DNA of 64,000 nucleotides from Antedon mediterranea (taxonomy: Eukaryota; Animalia; Echinodermata), in NCBI RefSeq assembly GCF_964355755.1, contig NC_092677.1:25717175-25781174 (forward strand), written 5' to 3'. Made by a program: the position numbers and the translations under genes. Shown here one piece after another: positions 37,201-49,129 of this stretch. The notes beneath the pieces are model-generated. The model did not search any database. It saw nothing but the letters and a program-made list of their open reading frames with translations, and was not told the origin of the DNA. Numbering within the stretch: position 1 is the first letter of the stretch; the number at the start of each line of letters is the position of its first letter.

Positions 37201-38349
37201 TTTTTAAGAACTTTTGCCGAATAATAATAATATTATTAATTATTATTAAAGTAAAATCATGGACCTATAAATTAATTTATAGATCCATGGTAAAATTAAA
37301 TTCAGTTATAACCACAAATGCCATTATTATCAGTCATGCAAGATTAAACAATTCCTGTAAGCTTTTTTCCCATGAAGAAAACAAAGCAGCTTTATGTATT
37401 TAAATAAACAATTAATGACACTGTAAATAACAAACAAATTATATTGTTCAAATACTAACTAACAATAGTATAATATATCATTCAATTAATAGGCATGAGC
37501 CCAAACAGAAAACTTCATTTTTTTTGTAATTTGTTCTTATATCTAATTTTTTTTGTAATTTTTTTTTTAAATATATTATAAAAAAGTGTGTGTGTGTGTG
37601 TGTGTATTATTTTTCACTGTAAACTTGTTGCACATCTCATTGAGACTGTGCCTCTGATTAAAAGAGATACAATACATACAAGTTCAGTTCAACAAAGTGC
37701 GTTTAAAAAATACTAATATTAATAATAATAATAATGTTTAAAAAAGTGAAGAGGTATGATGATACCTAATGATTTGCTTTTTTCTAGTTACAGTACTTGT
37801 TTATGGAGGGCATTTTTAAAGAACATTAAATTGTATAATTATACCCTGGATAACGGATAGCCTTGGCCGGCCCTGTCCAGAAGTTATTTATGGGCATTCC
37901 AATCACTATTGCTGCATTGCATCAAGAGAGAGGCAAACATGATGGCCAGCTAGCCAAACTAGCTTAGCCCACCTATTACTAGAATACCAGAACAACATGC
38001 AAAATCACTTTCTTATTTTCGCATTTACTTGGCTACTTTAAAAAAACGCTTTTCCCGAATACGACGGCTAGACGTATCAATACATTTATTTTCAAATACA
38101 AAAACATGCCCTGGTTTAAGACACGAAAGCTAGGCCTAGCTAGGCTGGCATCGCGTTTTCATTTTGTTATCTCCATTCCACGCAGTTGAGTCATTCCTCC
38201 TCATTTCATCTCACTCAGTCAGTTTCCTCTCGCATCTTGAACCTCCGTTCTCTTTATTATTTTATCAACATAATAAATGCCATAAATATAAATGATAATG
38301 TTCCCTTACAAAAGAGGTAAACATGAATTAACCTACCTCCTGTCTCCAT
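25239..38349 (-). CDS. Mextli-like eIF4E-binding protein (helical N-domain, Thr-rich linker, degenerate KH, C-terminal YxxxxLL motif); single-gene model tentative
   Basis: Ten phase-consistent exons: 38349-38337, 36029-35787, 35209-35004, 34093-33868, 33516-33445, 32669-32569, 26814-26721, 26476-26427, 26257-25853 and 25364-25239 (1536 nt, 511 aa). HGHDLETHDKDKLSELFKALK...RLQLLKLFKKRANGW resembles the Mextli N-domain. LISKGK...VEVSFEQ...RVVLSGHTVNIEQARKKL is KH-like. RIVYSRDFLLSCWCSPKTLTPPAD is a canonical 4E-binding motif with a Mextli-like SP..P.D extension. Confidence 0.62.
27564..28363. mobile_element. Non-autonomous Ginger-like TIR element with TTGCGCAA subterminal arrays
   Basis: ~50-bp perfect TIR TGTTATGCGCGATTTGAACGATTTGCGCAATTTGAAATTGCGCAAAAAA, TGT...ACA termini, 4-bp TSD CACA, and many palindromic TTGCGCAA copies. 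Confidence 0.75.
28564..31210 (+). CDS. MADF-BESS domain transcription factor (Adf-1-like)
   Basis: Exons 28564-28693, 29251-29413 and 30856-31210. MADF: LLIMEVQKYPELYDRTHPQHKN..RKQEIWELLG...KRWKDIRDSFVK...PYRHARLLDFL. BESS: DEDDLFFRSMACSCKKLPQSVKSFVRFKIHEIIFQAE. Confidence 0.88.
29405..29905. repeat. 31-bp minisatellite (~16 copies) built from the exon 2 splice donor
   Basis: Unit TAACAGCAAGTAAGTAAAGGTTACATACTGT. Confidence 0.95.
30018..30185 (+). mobile_element. Penelope-like pLTR remnant with degenerate hammerhead motif (30023-30053)
   Basis: CTGAAGA-GCAGC(TAGT)GTTGC-CC-GAAAGCTT. Its downstream tail TTTTTGCTTATTTTATTTGTATCTCCATTGAGATCCAGCCA recurs twice at 41140-41262. Confidence 0.55.
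34110..34340 (-). mobile_element. tRNA-derived SINE (degenerate)
   Basis: The minus strand has A box TGGCTTGGTGG and B box GGTTCAAGTCC; its head is related to the copy at 54556. Confidence 0.55.
36180..36770 (-). mobile_element. Penelope-like element 3' fragment (GIY-YIG) with hammerhead
   Basis: ORF 36657-36376 reads VYKFKCNLCDARYVGYTCRHLYQRIVEH...LIYEMLYIRQLKPSLNKQ, followed by a pLTR hammerhead. Boundaries are approximate. Confidence 0.85.
36248..36288 (-). ncRNA. Minimal hammerhead ribozyme, U3:A8 variant
   Basis: GGAC-TTGATAA-T-[AACCCCAT-G-ATGGAGTC]-GAAACGTC-GTTC, with stem I GGAC/GTTC, imperfect stem II and palindromic stem III. Confidence 0.6.
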
Positions 38350-40399
38350 GCTTATGTCGATCGTTCTTTAATGACAAAAAAAAACCACCTGCAACAAATA
38401 TTTCTCACCAGCACAAAACGATACCTTTCAGCTGCCGTAGTGGTTGAGGTCTGAGGAACTTTTACTGTGCGCGATTGGTCGATTGGTTGCGAGGTATTTA
38501 TTTTCTATTTAAATAAAGCGCCCTCAAAGAATGAAAAAAGTTAGCTCATTGGTGGTTGATCTGACGTATAATCCTACTCCCTCTGTTATGTCAGTTTTTC
38601 TTTCTTTTTCGTTTAAATTAAATATATATATTGTATGATTACGTCTATGATTTAATACAATTTGTTGTCTAACCTTATCTTATGATTTATACTGGTAAAT
38701 AGATATTATTTTTTGTTGAGGTGGAGGCGCGGCCATTACCTGTGTTCTCTTACATAAGTAAAATTTGGTATCATATTATACGTTTTCGTGCATACTTCCA
38801 TACAACATATCACTCTTATGTAAAAACATTTAAAAATAAAAGAAATGCAATTAAATGATTTTGTGTAAACAAATGCATGTATCTATTAATTGTTGATAGA
38901 AATAGAGGATTTAACTTTCTGCGTTTTGTTGTTTTTGTATTTACTGAATTATGTTTTTATTTAAAAAGTACAGTACCTACAACAGCCATCCATAAGGACG
39001 ACAACGAATTCATTTGACCAATGAAAAGCGACGTTTCATCCAGGCCTTCTTCGTATTCCTTTGTTGTACCGCCGATTACGTAACACGATATCGTTTCCGC
39101 AGACGTGTTAAACCATGCAGCTATAATTCCTCCATTGACCTATAAAACCACTAAGGATTTGCTGAGCATGGTGGCACATCTAGGTTGAACATAATAGTCA
39201 CTTTGTTTACTTAGGACAGAATAATATCCTCCCATATTTTTTAGCAAGAATTTATTTTTATTTGACGACTAAAATTGTGAAGTAATTATATAGTTTATTC
39301 GTTGCTTTCTTTAAATGGTTCCCATGTAACCATGGAGGGAAAATTATGCAACACATCTTAGTTATAGCTACATGCTCCAAATAAACGAATAAAAACAAAA
39401 CAAATATTTATCAGCTCTCATGGTTATCATTTAAAGATGTTATTGTTTTGGCAGACTCGATGGAAACTGTCAATGTGACAATTGATGCTCATGGTGTAAA
39501 TATTTTCTTGAAAACACACACAATTGTACAGAGTGTAGGATTAAACATGGAACTATATTTTAGTTCCATGGATTAAACAACTACCATGACAACTTTACCT
39601 GCCCATTATGGACTGTACCATTGTTTAGAGTGGGGTGGGGGAGGGGATGTGGGTGGGGGGAGGGGGTGTGTGAAAATACTCAAGAATTTCCAACAAAGTC
39701 TGTAGTAGTACACGTATGAAACGCCATATGTGACAAAATAATTATCTTTTTACGTAGACTAGACAAAGTTAGGTGTTGGCTTGTTTTCTACAATAGAATT
39801 GAGGTTACATTTGTTACTTCTACTACGTAAACGCTATAAAAACTATTTTATTAAAAATGGCAAATAAATATACTTATACAACTACAGTAGTACAATTACG
39901 ACTAAAATAACTAAATTTAAAGATGTACAATTACGACTAAAAGAACTAAATTTCAACATACAATTACGAAGGTTAATTATAAGAAATCTATTGGACTACT
40001 GACAAAAGTAAAATTTTAGCTTAGTACTGATTAATAGTTCAGTCTCCTAACCCCTGATAGGGTTGTTGAGGCACCACTGCTGACTTTTGGACAATTCTCC
40101 TCCATCGATCTCTGTCTGATTAAGATACCATAGCCCAAAATCGCCGGACTGTCTGGATATAATTATATGGCCTGGTAAATCAGGTTTATTCCAATTATCA
40201 CAGCATGGAGCTAAGCTAAGTATTTTACAGTAGTATTTTTGTGAATGAATAGGGTATATAGTTACTTAAATACAATGGTTTTATGTATTTGGCTATTTCA
40301 AGTGTGACAAAAAGGTGTGAAGGTCTTCAATTAATATTAAATATAATTTAATATCTGTAATCGTCATTTTCATGACTCAACAGTGTAAGTAGCAGTACT

Positions 40400-40750
40400 T
40401 ATCATTTAATTTAAACATTAATTAATTTAAGCATCATTTAATTTAAGCATCATTTAATTTAAGCATAACTAAATCTAAGCATCATTTAATTTATGCATCA
40501 TTTAATTTAAGCATCATTTAATTTAAGCATCATTTAATCTAAGCATCATTTAATTCAAACATCAATACTGTACATTTAAGTACTGTATCAATAAATTAAA
40601 GCACCAATAAATTTTAAACATTCATTAATTTAACCACCATTATCAATTAATTTAAGCATCAATAAATGTAGTAACCATTTAATTTAAATATAAATTAATT
40701 TTGAGCAACATTTAATTTAAGTACCAGTAAATTAAAAATCATTTAAGTAC
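40400..40750. repeat. AT-rich ~16-bp degenerate tandem repeat
   Basis: Unit AAGCATCATTTAATTT, downstream of the MLKL-like stop codon (probable 3'UTR). Confidence 0.8.
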
Positions 40751-40993
40751 AGTATTATTTTAAAACAAGCTGAAGAAGAAAATAGTAGTAAAATTTACAT
40801 GATACAAACTTAACGTAAGTTTAGCTGTCCTTATAATCTACTAAAATGCATGCAAAAAACATTGCTGTAAATTCAGGATGTCCCGTATCAGGATCACTAG
40901 TCCCGTATCAGATCCACGTAGTCCCGTATCAGGATGTCCACTTATACTCCTTTATCACCATGTCAACTACATGTCCTGGTGGTCTCAGTTATT

Positions 40994-43900
40994 TTATTCC
41001 AATTGACAGTTCTTCTTCAAGTTTTCATCAAGCATTTTTCTAAGTTCGTCAACAATTTCTGAAATATATATTATTAATATATTAATTAGTATTAACCTCT
41101 GCTAACTTTTCTGGCTGTTTTGTCTTATCATTTTGAGTTAGTTTTTTGCTTATTTTATTTGTATCTCCATTGAGATCCAGCCACTGATACCCACAGTATT
41201 GTCATTTTTCATTGCTTATTTTATTTGTATCTCCATTGAGATCCAGCCACTGATACCCACAGCATGGTAATTTTTTCAGTAATTTGCCTTTGGATTTATA
41301 ATTGATATACAGTATTATCAATGAAATAATTACTAATTTTACCCTTTTGGTAGCTGTTCATTAAATTAAATTCAATAAATAAAACAAATAATGGTCGATA
41401 GATTTACGTGGATGCATATAGTAATTCTATGTGGTATAGACAACACCATATGAATAGAGCATCACAGCTTTTCTTTTCTTAATTTATTTATTTTTATACT
41501 TCATACGCATCCAACAGCGAGTAACTCACCAATTACTGGATGGATAAATTATATTATAATTTATCATGCTTATAAACTAAGTCTCATTTGAGGCTTAGGA
41601 AGTGGAGTTGAAAGAGTTGTGAGTTACAACCTTGTCATCAGGTCAGGATTGAACTATGGCCCTTGGGATTGGAAGGCAAGCATGTTAACCACCAAGCTAC
41701 AGCTCTACTACTTTCAAGTATGATTTTACCACTTGGAGACCAAATATGGTAGTGATATGCCCAAATATGGTAGTGATATGACCAAATATGGTAGTGATAT
41801 GACATCATCATGTCCATGGGCACACCATATTTTTTTTCCACATGAAGTTTGATAGTGTAGACAGAGCTTTAAGAGTAATGTCTAGATTGTAGGTAGTAGA
41901 AAGCTTCATAATATCTGAAGTATTTCATCTTCTTAGCATTCCTCAAATACAAGATCACATACCACTTATATGTGGTCTTAATATTGCCTCACTCCTCAAG
42001 CAACGTGAGATCAAATCACCAGTTGTTTTAGCCAGCTCATCTGGAATCTCAAATGTTTCTCTCGGCATTTCGGTACCATCTACGAAAAAGCAATGAGTCA
42101 GAACTAAACACTGTATTCATTGAACATAACAGCAAATAGCAATAAGTCAACACTAAACATTTTATAGCAAATATTTAAGGAAGCAACTGAATAGCTTACA
42201 AAAGTACAATAATATATACTACATGTAGGTAATAGAGCTATTAGATTTTTACGTCTATATGTCGACTGCTACCCCTATGACGTCATTTTTATGATATGCA
42301 CATGCGCTAGGCGACTGGCACGTCGCCCTAACAGTTGATTACGACCCATGTAGACATGGACTTCGTTCAAATTGTTTTTTTGTTTTTTTTACCATATAAT
42401 GAGGGTGATCCATCCAGCAAATGCTGATCATTAGGGACCTTCAGAGGTTTACAAGACAAACATTCATTCAAATCTAAGTCCCAATTATTCCTGACAGGAA
42501 ACCATTTGACCATCAGGAATAATGAATTTACTATTGTATTATTGTACTGAATCTCATACTGTACAAGCCTACCTTTGTATGGCTGCAATCCAGTAAATAT
42601 TTCCCACAACACTATTCCAAAGCTGTAAAGATGAAAACCATGGCATAAACTCAGACAACCAACCAACCGTTAATGAGGAGAGTTTTGTTGTTGTAATTAA
42701 GTTTGAGGAATACTTAAAAGATGTATTGTCCCCCAAAAACATGAAAAATAAAGAATATTTAAAACAAACTTTGAATGGGTTATTTTGTAGTTTTAATAAA
42801 GTTAATCACTTATAAAATAACATAATAAATGATTAAATTCAACCAAAAATCCTTTGGCTGGCAGCCAATTTGACCATTTTTTGCTTTAAATTACAGTTTT
42901 TTCAGGTAAATAATTTTGTTTAGATCAAATTTTTGGTCAATGAGGATAACTATTATGTAACATTAAAATGCAATATTCCAAAAAAAAATGTTAAAAATTA
43001 TTTTTCAGGGGGACAATACATCTTTAATACTGTCAGAATTGGAGCAAGGCACAGTATTGGTCATTTCGCTGGTTGTCACTGATTTGTGCAGTGTTATGAG
43101 ATATGGACATTTTTAAATTATTTTGATTTAGACCAGCCTCATACTGATTCTTTTGCTTTTTGTATATAGAATTGATAGGTTACTTACCAATAGATTTCAC
43201 ATTTGATGTCAAATTTTGCTTTAAAATTTTCCAGTAATTCTGGAGCATAGTACATCTTCGGTTTAGCTTTTGTAGGTAAACTTTTACTTGCAGATTCCCA
43301 GGTTCTTGACAGACCAACATCGCTCAACTATATAAAAAGTCATTTTTTATTTTATGACTGATTATGATTTCTGACAGAACGTGTGATATTATATATACAC
43401 CTAAATAGATTCCCGAATTGATTGGACGATTACTGATTATTGAGAGATTATTTAGAAGGTTAGTTAATATTTAGGAGTTAGTTGTTATGGTATGGGGTTA
43501 GGGTTGAAGTCAGCAGACTGCAGGATGTTTCTTGTCTCCAGACACGATACTGCACGATGTTTATTGTCTCGAGATATGATACAGTAGAAGAATCAGCTGC
43601 TTTTGCTGGATGATTTACATCATCTCTTGGTGTAAAAATAAATAAATATTTACCTTGACTTTGAAATGTTTGTTGACAAGAAACTTGGATGATGTAATAA
43701 CCCTATGAAGCTCTTGCAGATGATGAATACGATATAAGCCAAGAGCGCCATCTAGAGCCATGCGCAGTTTGTCCGTAAAAGACAATTCAGCATGCTGATC
43801 ATCAAGAACTTTTCGCAATGTCCCTTTTTCCATGTACTCAAATACAAGCATGTTTTTATCTGTTGGTTATATGAAATTTTTAAAATATTTATACACCAAA

Positions 43901-46900
43901 CAGCAAGCGTGATCGGTATTACATAAATTGTATTTTATATATGAGTATTACATGCATGTTTTTGTTCACTTTTTATATTTGCATACAATATAAATTGTTC
44001 ACAATCTTTGTTGAAACAATATAGTTTAAAATAACATCATTCAATGAATAATTATATCAAAATTAGAAGCTCATACGTATACAGTTTTATGCATTATAAG
44101 GCCGTTTTTCTCTGATCTGATGAGTTGCAGAGGAACAAACCAGAATTGCTTTTTGAAAATACCAAATATTGATTTTAGTTTGATTTTGGTATCACCCAGA
44201 ACCTTTGATACATTTTTTAAAGTTTCAATATAAAAGCCATACAGTAGTAATAATAAAAATCCTACAAAGTAAAATACAATATAATTATTAAATTCTTAAT
44301 GTAATTACCTCCTTCAATACAAATGCCCCAGAGCTTGACTATATAGGGCGACTCAAATGTTTTTAGTTTGCTGGCTTCTTCTTTTAGACTTGTTCTAACT
44401 TTATCATCACCATCAGGCCTAAAATGAATGTAATGCAATGCCACATTTATATATCGCTATTTCATGAATATCAGAGCGCTGTGGACTTAGATGTTACACC
44501 TTTTCAACAACATTCTTCTCCCCTAAGGGTCACATCGTGTCATCGGCAGCCAACTACGGCGCCATTACGTCTGTCCACGACAGTGTGTGTGTGTGAACTA
44601 GTACACCGGGGTAACCCCCTACTCGTCTCGAAAGATGTACTAGGTTCTTTAAAGTGCACACGAGCAATATGCATACACTGGACCTACGGTTTATAGTCCT
44701 TATCCGAGAAGACTCGTTCTACCACAAGAACCATGGAGCGAGTGAGCCTTGAACCTTTGCTGATGTTATGGCTATGGTTACGGTTCCACTGTCTTAACCG
44801 CTCGGCCACTCACTCGCTACGAATTGAATTACTTCTCATCTAAACAAGTACTGGTATAGAAGTTATCATTATAATACAGCCGGCCTCACATAATCTTTTG
44901 TGTCTGAAATTTGTTTGGCCAGACAATATTCTGCCCACATTTTTGTTCATTAAATTGTTAATGTCTTTTTATACCAATTTCTAGATTTTGAACATTAATA
45001 ATTATGATTTACAATTGCATATTTCATTTTTACAAAAATTATTTTTGTAAATTAAGCACTATCCCTATGATGTACTGCTGTCACTCAAAACCAGGAATTT
45101 GATCAATATAACGTCGTGAGGTAATTTCCCGCATGATCGTAATCAAAACGGTACTGGGTTTGGTCTACTAGCGTTCCTGCTCCCAACTCGTCATCCATTC
45201 ATAGAAGCCTTGATGAAGTAAGCCTACCTGGTGGTGACCACAGAACGGTCCCGAGATAACGACTATACTTCGGCTTTAGTCGATAGAAGATTGAAATATT
45301 GTTAGAGAAATAGTATACGATGTTTGATTATGTGTAGATGTGTGATTTGTTCTATTATTCAAATGATGTTCCGCATACTGGATATGAAGATAGTAGTTGG
45401 GTGTAATGATTTTGTATATCAATTAATTATCCTAGACTGTATATTATGCTATAATTATTATTTTATTTACAGTATATATTTTTTTAATATTTATTGTTAT
45501 GATTATAATATTAATAAAAAGATATTTGTTAGTATAAATGTAAAAATATAAAATATAGATATAGAGAAGAAAAGCAAAGAGATTATCGAGCGGCTACACC
45601 TAAATATACAATAATAAGTATACTTTTAGGCGATCTTGTCAAAGGAACCATCAACCAAGGATATTATTTATTACTTTAGGCTACCAGGGCCCCACCCACC
45701 TATATTTCAAATTTCACAATGCAGACATTAGGCTCAATTCAGAACTTACAATTTTTTGATAGCGACCTTTTCATCAAACGGCTTATAGCTAGCAAGAAAG
45801 AGTTTTCCAAATGTTCCCTGAACATCACTGGGTGTCATACCATCAAAGTCGTTCATCTTGATTTCTTGTAATGTTTGCGGGACACGACTTTTACCTGGTA
45901 AATTCTTGTGATCTGAGGAAACAATTCATCTATTAAATTCAATAAAAAACAATAAAAATGCAGATAATAAATAATAGATACTATAGTTATTAGTATTTTA
46001 TGCTTGTTGAATCTTTTAAAAGCTTTCAATAATTAAAAAAATTTAAAAAATTGTAAAATTACGGTAATAAAAAAAATTTGAACATGATAACATTCATAAA
46101 AGGAAAGAAAGTACTTATGTTTTATTTACATTCTTGCATTGTTTCAAACATTTCCTTGATATCTTTTGCTGAAATAAAAAATAAATCCATTGAAAATTGA
46201 CCGTCTGTATGATGAAAGAATTAATGAATTTTCAGAATATTCTTTAAAGGTAAAGGTAACGGCTTTACATCCCATCCGAAGGGTGAGGCAATGAGAGTAA
46301 AGCATCTTGCCTAAGGATGCAATTAGTATGTTACAGATAACCTCGTGAGGTGGTTTCCCGAATGATCGTAAAATCAAAACGATACTGGGTATGACCAACT
46401 AGCGTTATTGTCACCGACTAGTCATCCATTCATAGAAGTACTGATGTAGTAGCCTACCTGTACGGTGACCATAGAATGTGACCCGAGGCATGACTAACTA
46501 CGACTTTTAGTTGATAGAAGATTGAAAAAATTGTTAAGAAGAGTTGTACTGTATGTGAATGTTTAATGAAATTATGTCAATAATGTTTACACACTAGGCC
46601 CTAGCCTAGGCATATAAATAGTAATGTTTGTTAGTAAAAATAATTTTGAGTTAATAAGAATAAAATATAAGGAAGAAAAGCAAAGAGACTATGGAGCGGC
46701 TATTCCTGAATATACAATACTAAGTATCGTAGATTTAAATTATAAATTTTAGGTGATCTTGTGAAAGGTCAAGCGCCATATAGCCTGCCACGTTTCGATA
46801 TTCAATATTGACTTGACGGTCTCCCATCCAGAACTAATTAAAAGCTTGGTACCCAATAGGAACGCAATTACACTACATGTAATTTGACGAATCACAACAC

Positions 46901-47641
46901 GATGGATAAACTCTTAATTGTGATTGGTCAATTCAATTGCATTGTGCCTATAATGTGTGTTGCGTCCACATATCTATCAACATATTGTTATTGGGAGTTC
47001 ATCTACAAATGAAATTAAAAATCAAATTTACCCAAGTACTTATTGTTTTAGATCTATTTTTGTAGGGCATTAGGCGCTATATAAATCCAGGATATTATTA
47101 CTTGGCAACTGGTTTATCAAAAAAGTAACATTTATTTTTTAATATCCATTTGACACCAGATAAAATTTTTTGAACATTTACCCAAGTTCGCAATATCATT
47201 TTTAACCGCTTGCTGACCATCCTCAAATCTGGACATTTGATCTATGTACTCTTTGCGTTGCTCGAGTTGCAAAATTAACGACAATCCCGGAACTAGACCA
47301 TCAAGTATTTCATTGAAATCATTAAACTTGTCTGTAATATCCCCTTTCTTATACACTTTCTGAATTAATGAAGTTTTTTTTAAGGTCTGAAGGAATTTCA
47401 TAATTTCTGTAATGTGTTTTTCTAGTTGCTTTAAAGCCTCTAAGAAACGTTGGTAGTTTCCAGACACTTCAGCCTCCTTGAGCATGGAATCATCCTCTTT
47501 CACCATATCTATTGGTTGCAATAACAACTTGATTCTATCTGCTAAATGTTTTGCTGCCGTTTTAAATGATTTGACTTCATGGGCAATATCATAACATTTT
47601 TCGGCAACACTGAAAACGGCTGAAATGATTTCCAACGTCAT
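40994..47641 (-). CDS. MLKL: Mixed lineage kinase domain-like protein (4-helix bundle plus pseudokinase)
   Basis: Exons 47641-47182, 46168-46130, 45912-45750, 44418-44309, 43859-43654, 43327-43188, 42622-42573, 42079-41963 and 41058-40994 (1350 nt, 449 aa). N-terminal MTLEIISAVFSVAEKCYDIAHEVKSFK...LADRIKLL (4HB), VAIKK, EASKLKTFESPYIVKLWGICIE, HRVITSSKFLV, LSDVGL, YYAPE, EIYCFGIVLWEIFTG. Confidence 0.85.
41470..41712 (-). mobile_element. tRNA-derived SINE; same family as 54556-54760 (+)
   Basis: Reverse complement matches 54556-54760: A box TAGCTTGGTGG, B box GTTCAATCC, shared tail GACTTAGTTTATAAGCA..ATAAATTAT..TTTATCCATCC. Confidence 0.8.
42718..43024. mobile_element. Kolobok-like MITE family (~310-350 bp; copies at ~49280-49590, 62277-62622, partial ~4150-4440)
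   Basis: TTAA flanks and TIR AGATGTATTGTCCCCC / GGGGGACAATACATCT. Confidence 0.8.
44425..44820 (-). mobile_element. tRNA-derived SINE with conserved-core-like body
   Basis: Minus strand has A box TGGCCGAGCGG, B-box-like GGTTCAAGGC, body TGCACTTTAAAGAACC and a (CATT)n-like tail that abuts an MLKL exon acceptor. Confidence 0.7.
45108..45660. repeat. Unclassified dispersed repeat; diverged second copy at ~46337-46770
   Basis: Shared blocks ATAAC.TCGTGAGGT..TTCCCG.ATGATCGTAA..CATCCATTCATAGAAG..GATAGAAGATTGAAA and AGAAAAGCAAAGAGA..GAGCGGCTA..GATCTTGT.AAAGG. Confidence 0.7.
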
Positions 47642-48198
47642 TTTTACAAGACCTGTTTTGGTAAAAAGACAAATTATTATACATTACAGGCGAATAAGTA
47701 CTTTTAGTACTACTTCTTTAAACTTTATAAATTACGAAAACTTACTACATTTTTACCAATTTTTCTTTAACAATATTAGGCTTAGGGTGTACTGTATATG
47801 AAGATATGATATTAAAGACTAGACAGATACTATCAACATATTCTGCCTCACTCATTTCATCCCATGTAGCTCCACCCTCCCCCTCACTGAATTTCCTATA
47901 CCCCTTGCCTTCCTCTGTGGAAGGCAGGACACTTCAGACTTTCTTATCCACCATCCACTATAGTGCACCGGCCAAAGAATTAGTGAGGACCGTGTAACAT
48001 ATGAACTAGGCCTAGCTGGCTGGGCTACACTACTACGTACTAGCTAGGCCTACGAAAGGCCTTGTTGGAATGGCGGCCGGCCAGGTTATATGAGATTTTA
48101 CGTACTACCATTGATATATTACTACCTACCTTCAAGTAACAAGATAAATGCAACCTTATAACTAAAGATATTTGTGGTTCTTCCGTGTACAGGCTCTT

Positions 48199-48370
48199 GA
48201 AACGAAACCAAAAGTGTGTGAGCTGTGATGAGACAAACAAAATATGCAACAAAATGGGAATTTCCCTAAACCACCATGACGTCACGCTATTATCTACTCT
48301 GCACATGGTCAGACGATTGTTAATAACAAAGGCAATGTAAAATGGTTCCGTTGTGTAAGGAATCCCGGTT
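48199..48370. promoter_or_regulatory. MLKL-like promoter with NF-kB, IRF-like and CRE motifs
   Basis: GGGAATTTCCC 48256-48266, GAAACGAAACCAAAAGT 48199-48215 and TGACGTCA 48277-48284. Probable 5'UTR exon donor at 48129. Confidence 0.55.
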
Positions 48371-49129
48371 CTCATAAATAATGATATACAGTACTTTGTA
48401 TATACACACCATATAAAAATGCACAAAAGCAAAATAGATAATGTTGATAATATTAATTGTATTTATTGTTTACAATGTAGGCAGTACAACGCTCTACTTA
48501 TTTTCTGTCATTCTTTAGTGGGATTGAATGATATAATACTCTTTACTTTCGTTATCCATATAATATCTATACTAAAATGTTTAATGTGGCAAATTAAAAG
48601 CTTATTTCAGCATCTCTGTAGATAAATAATTTTCATTTCAAATGAATTATTATATTGCTATTAATATCATGACAATAAAATAAATAATTTTAGCACTAAT
48701 TGTAATAAGTTTTGTAAGAAATGTAATCGGTAGAAAGACAAAATCAATTGTGTTTTATTCCTGTGTTAAACTGCAGCCAAGGATCACTTGTGCATCGTTT
48801 ATACATTTATATATCCACCTTGCATCACTTTAAAAGAATTTTTACCCCTGCATTAAATATCTTCCACAAGATAGAATTAATCACTTGTTCAGCTGCCTAC
48901 TGGCATAATTGTTTTATTATACACAAAAGTTACTATATATATTTTCCCATCTTCTGATTGGTTAATAGCCTATATATATATTTTTTTCCTTTAGTTATTG
49001 ATTCAGCATAAATTTTTCTTTTAAAATAATACTTGATTTATGATCTCTGTAATCTGGGTTTCAAGTTTATTGTTTTAAATGTTTGTCTTTTCCAATAATA
49101 CTGGATTGATTTGCGATCTGAGAGACAGT

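Noticed and set aside
38600-40300. Possible gene between the Mextli-like and MLKL-like genes
   Set aside because: No coherent exon chain found; consistent with MLKL 3'UTR and intergenic DNA.
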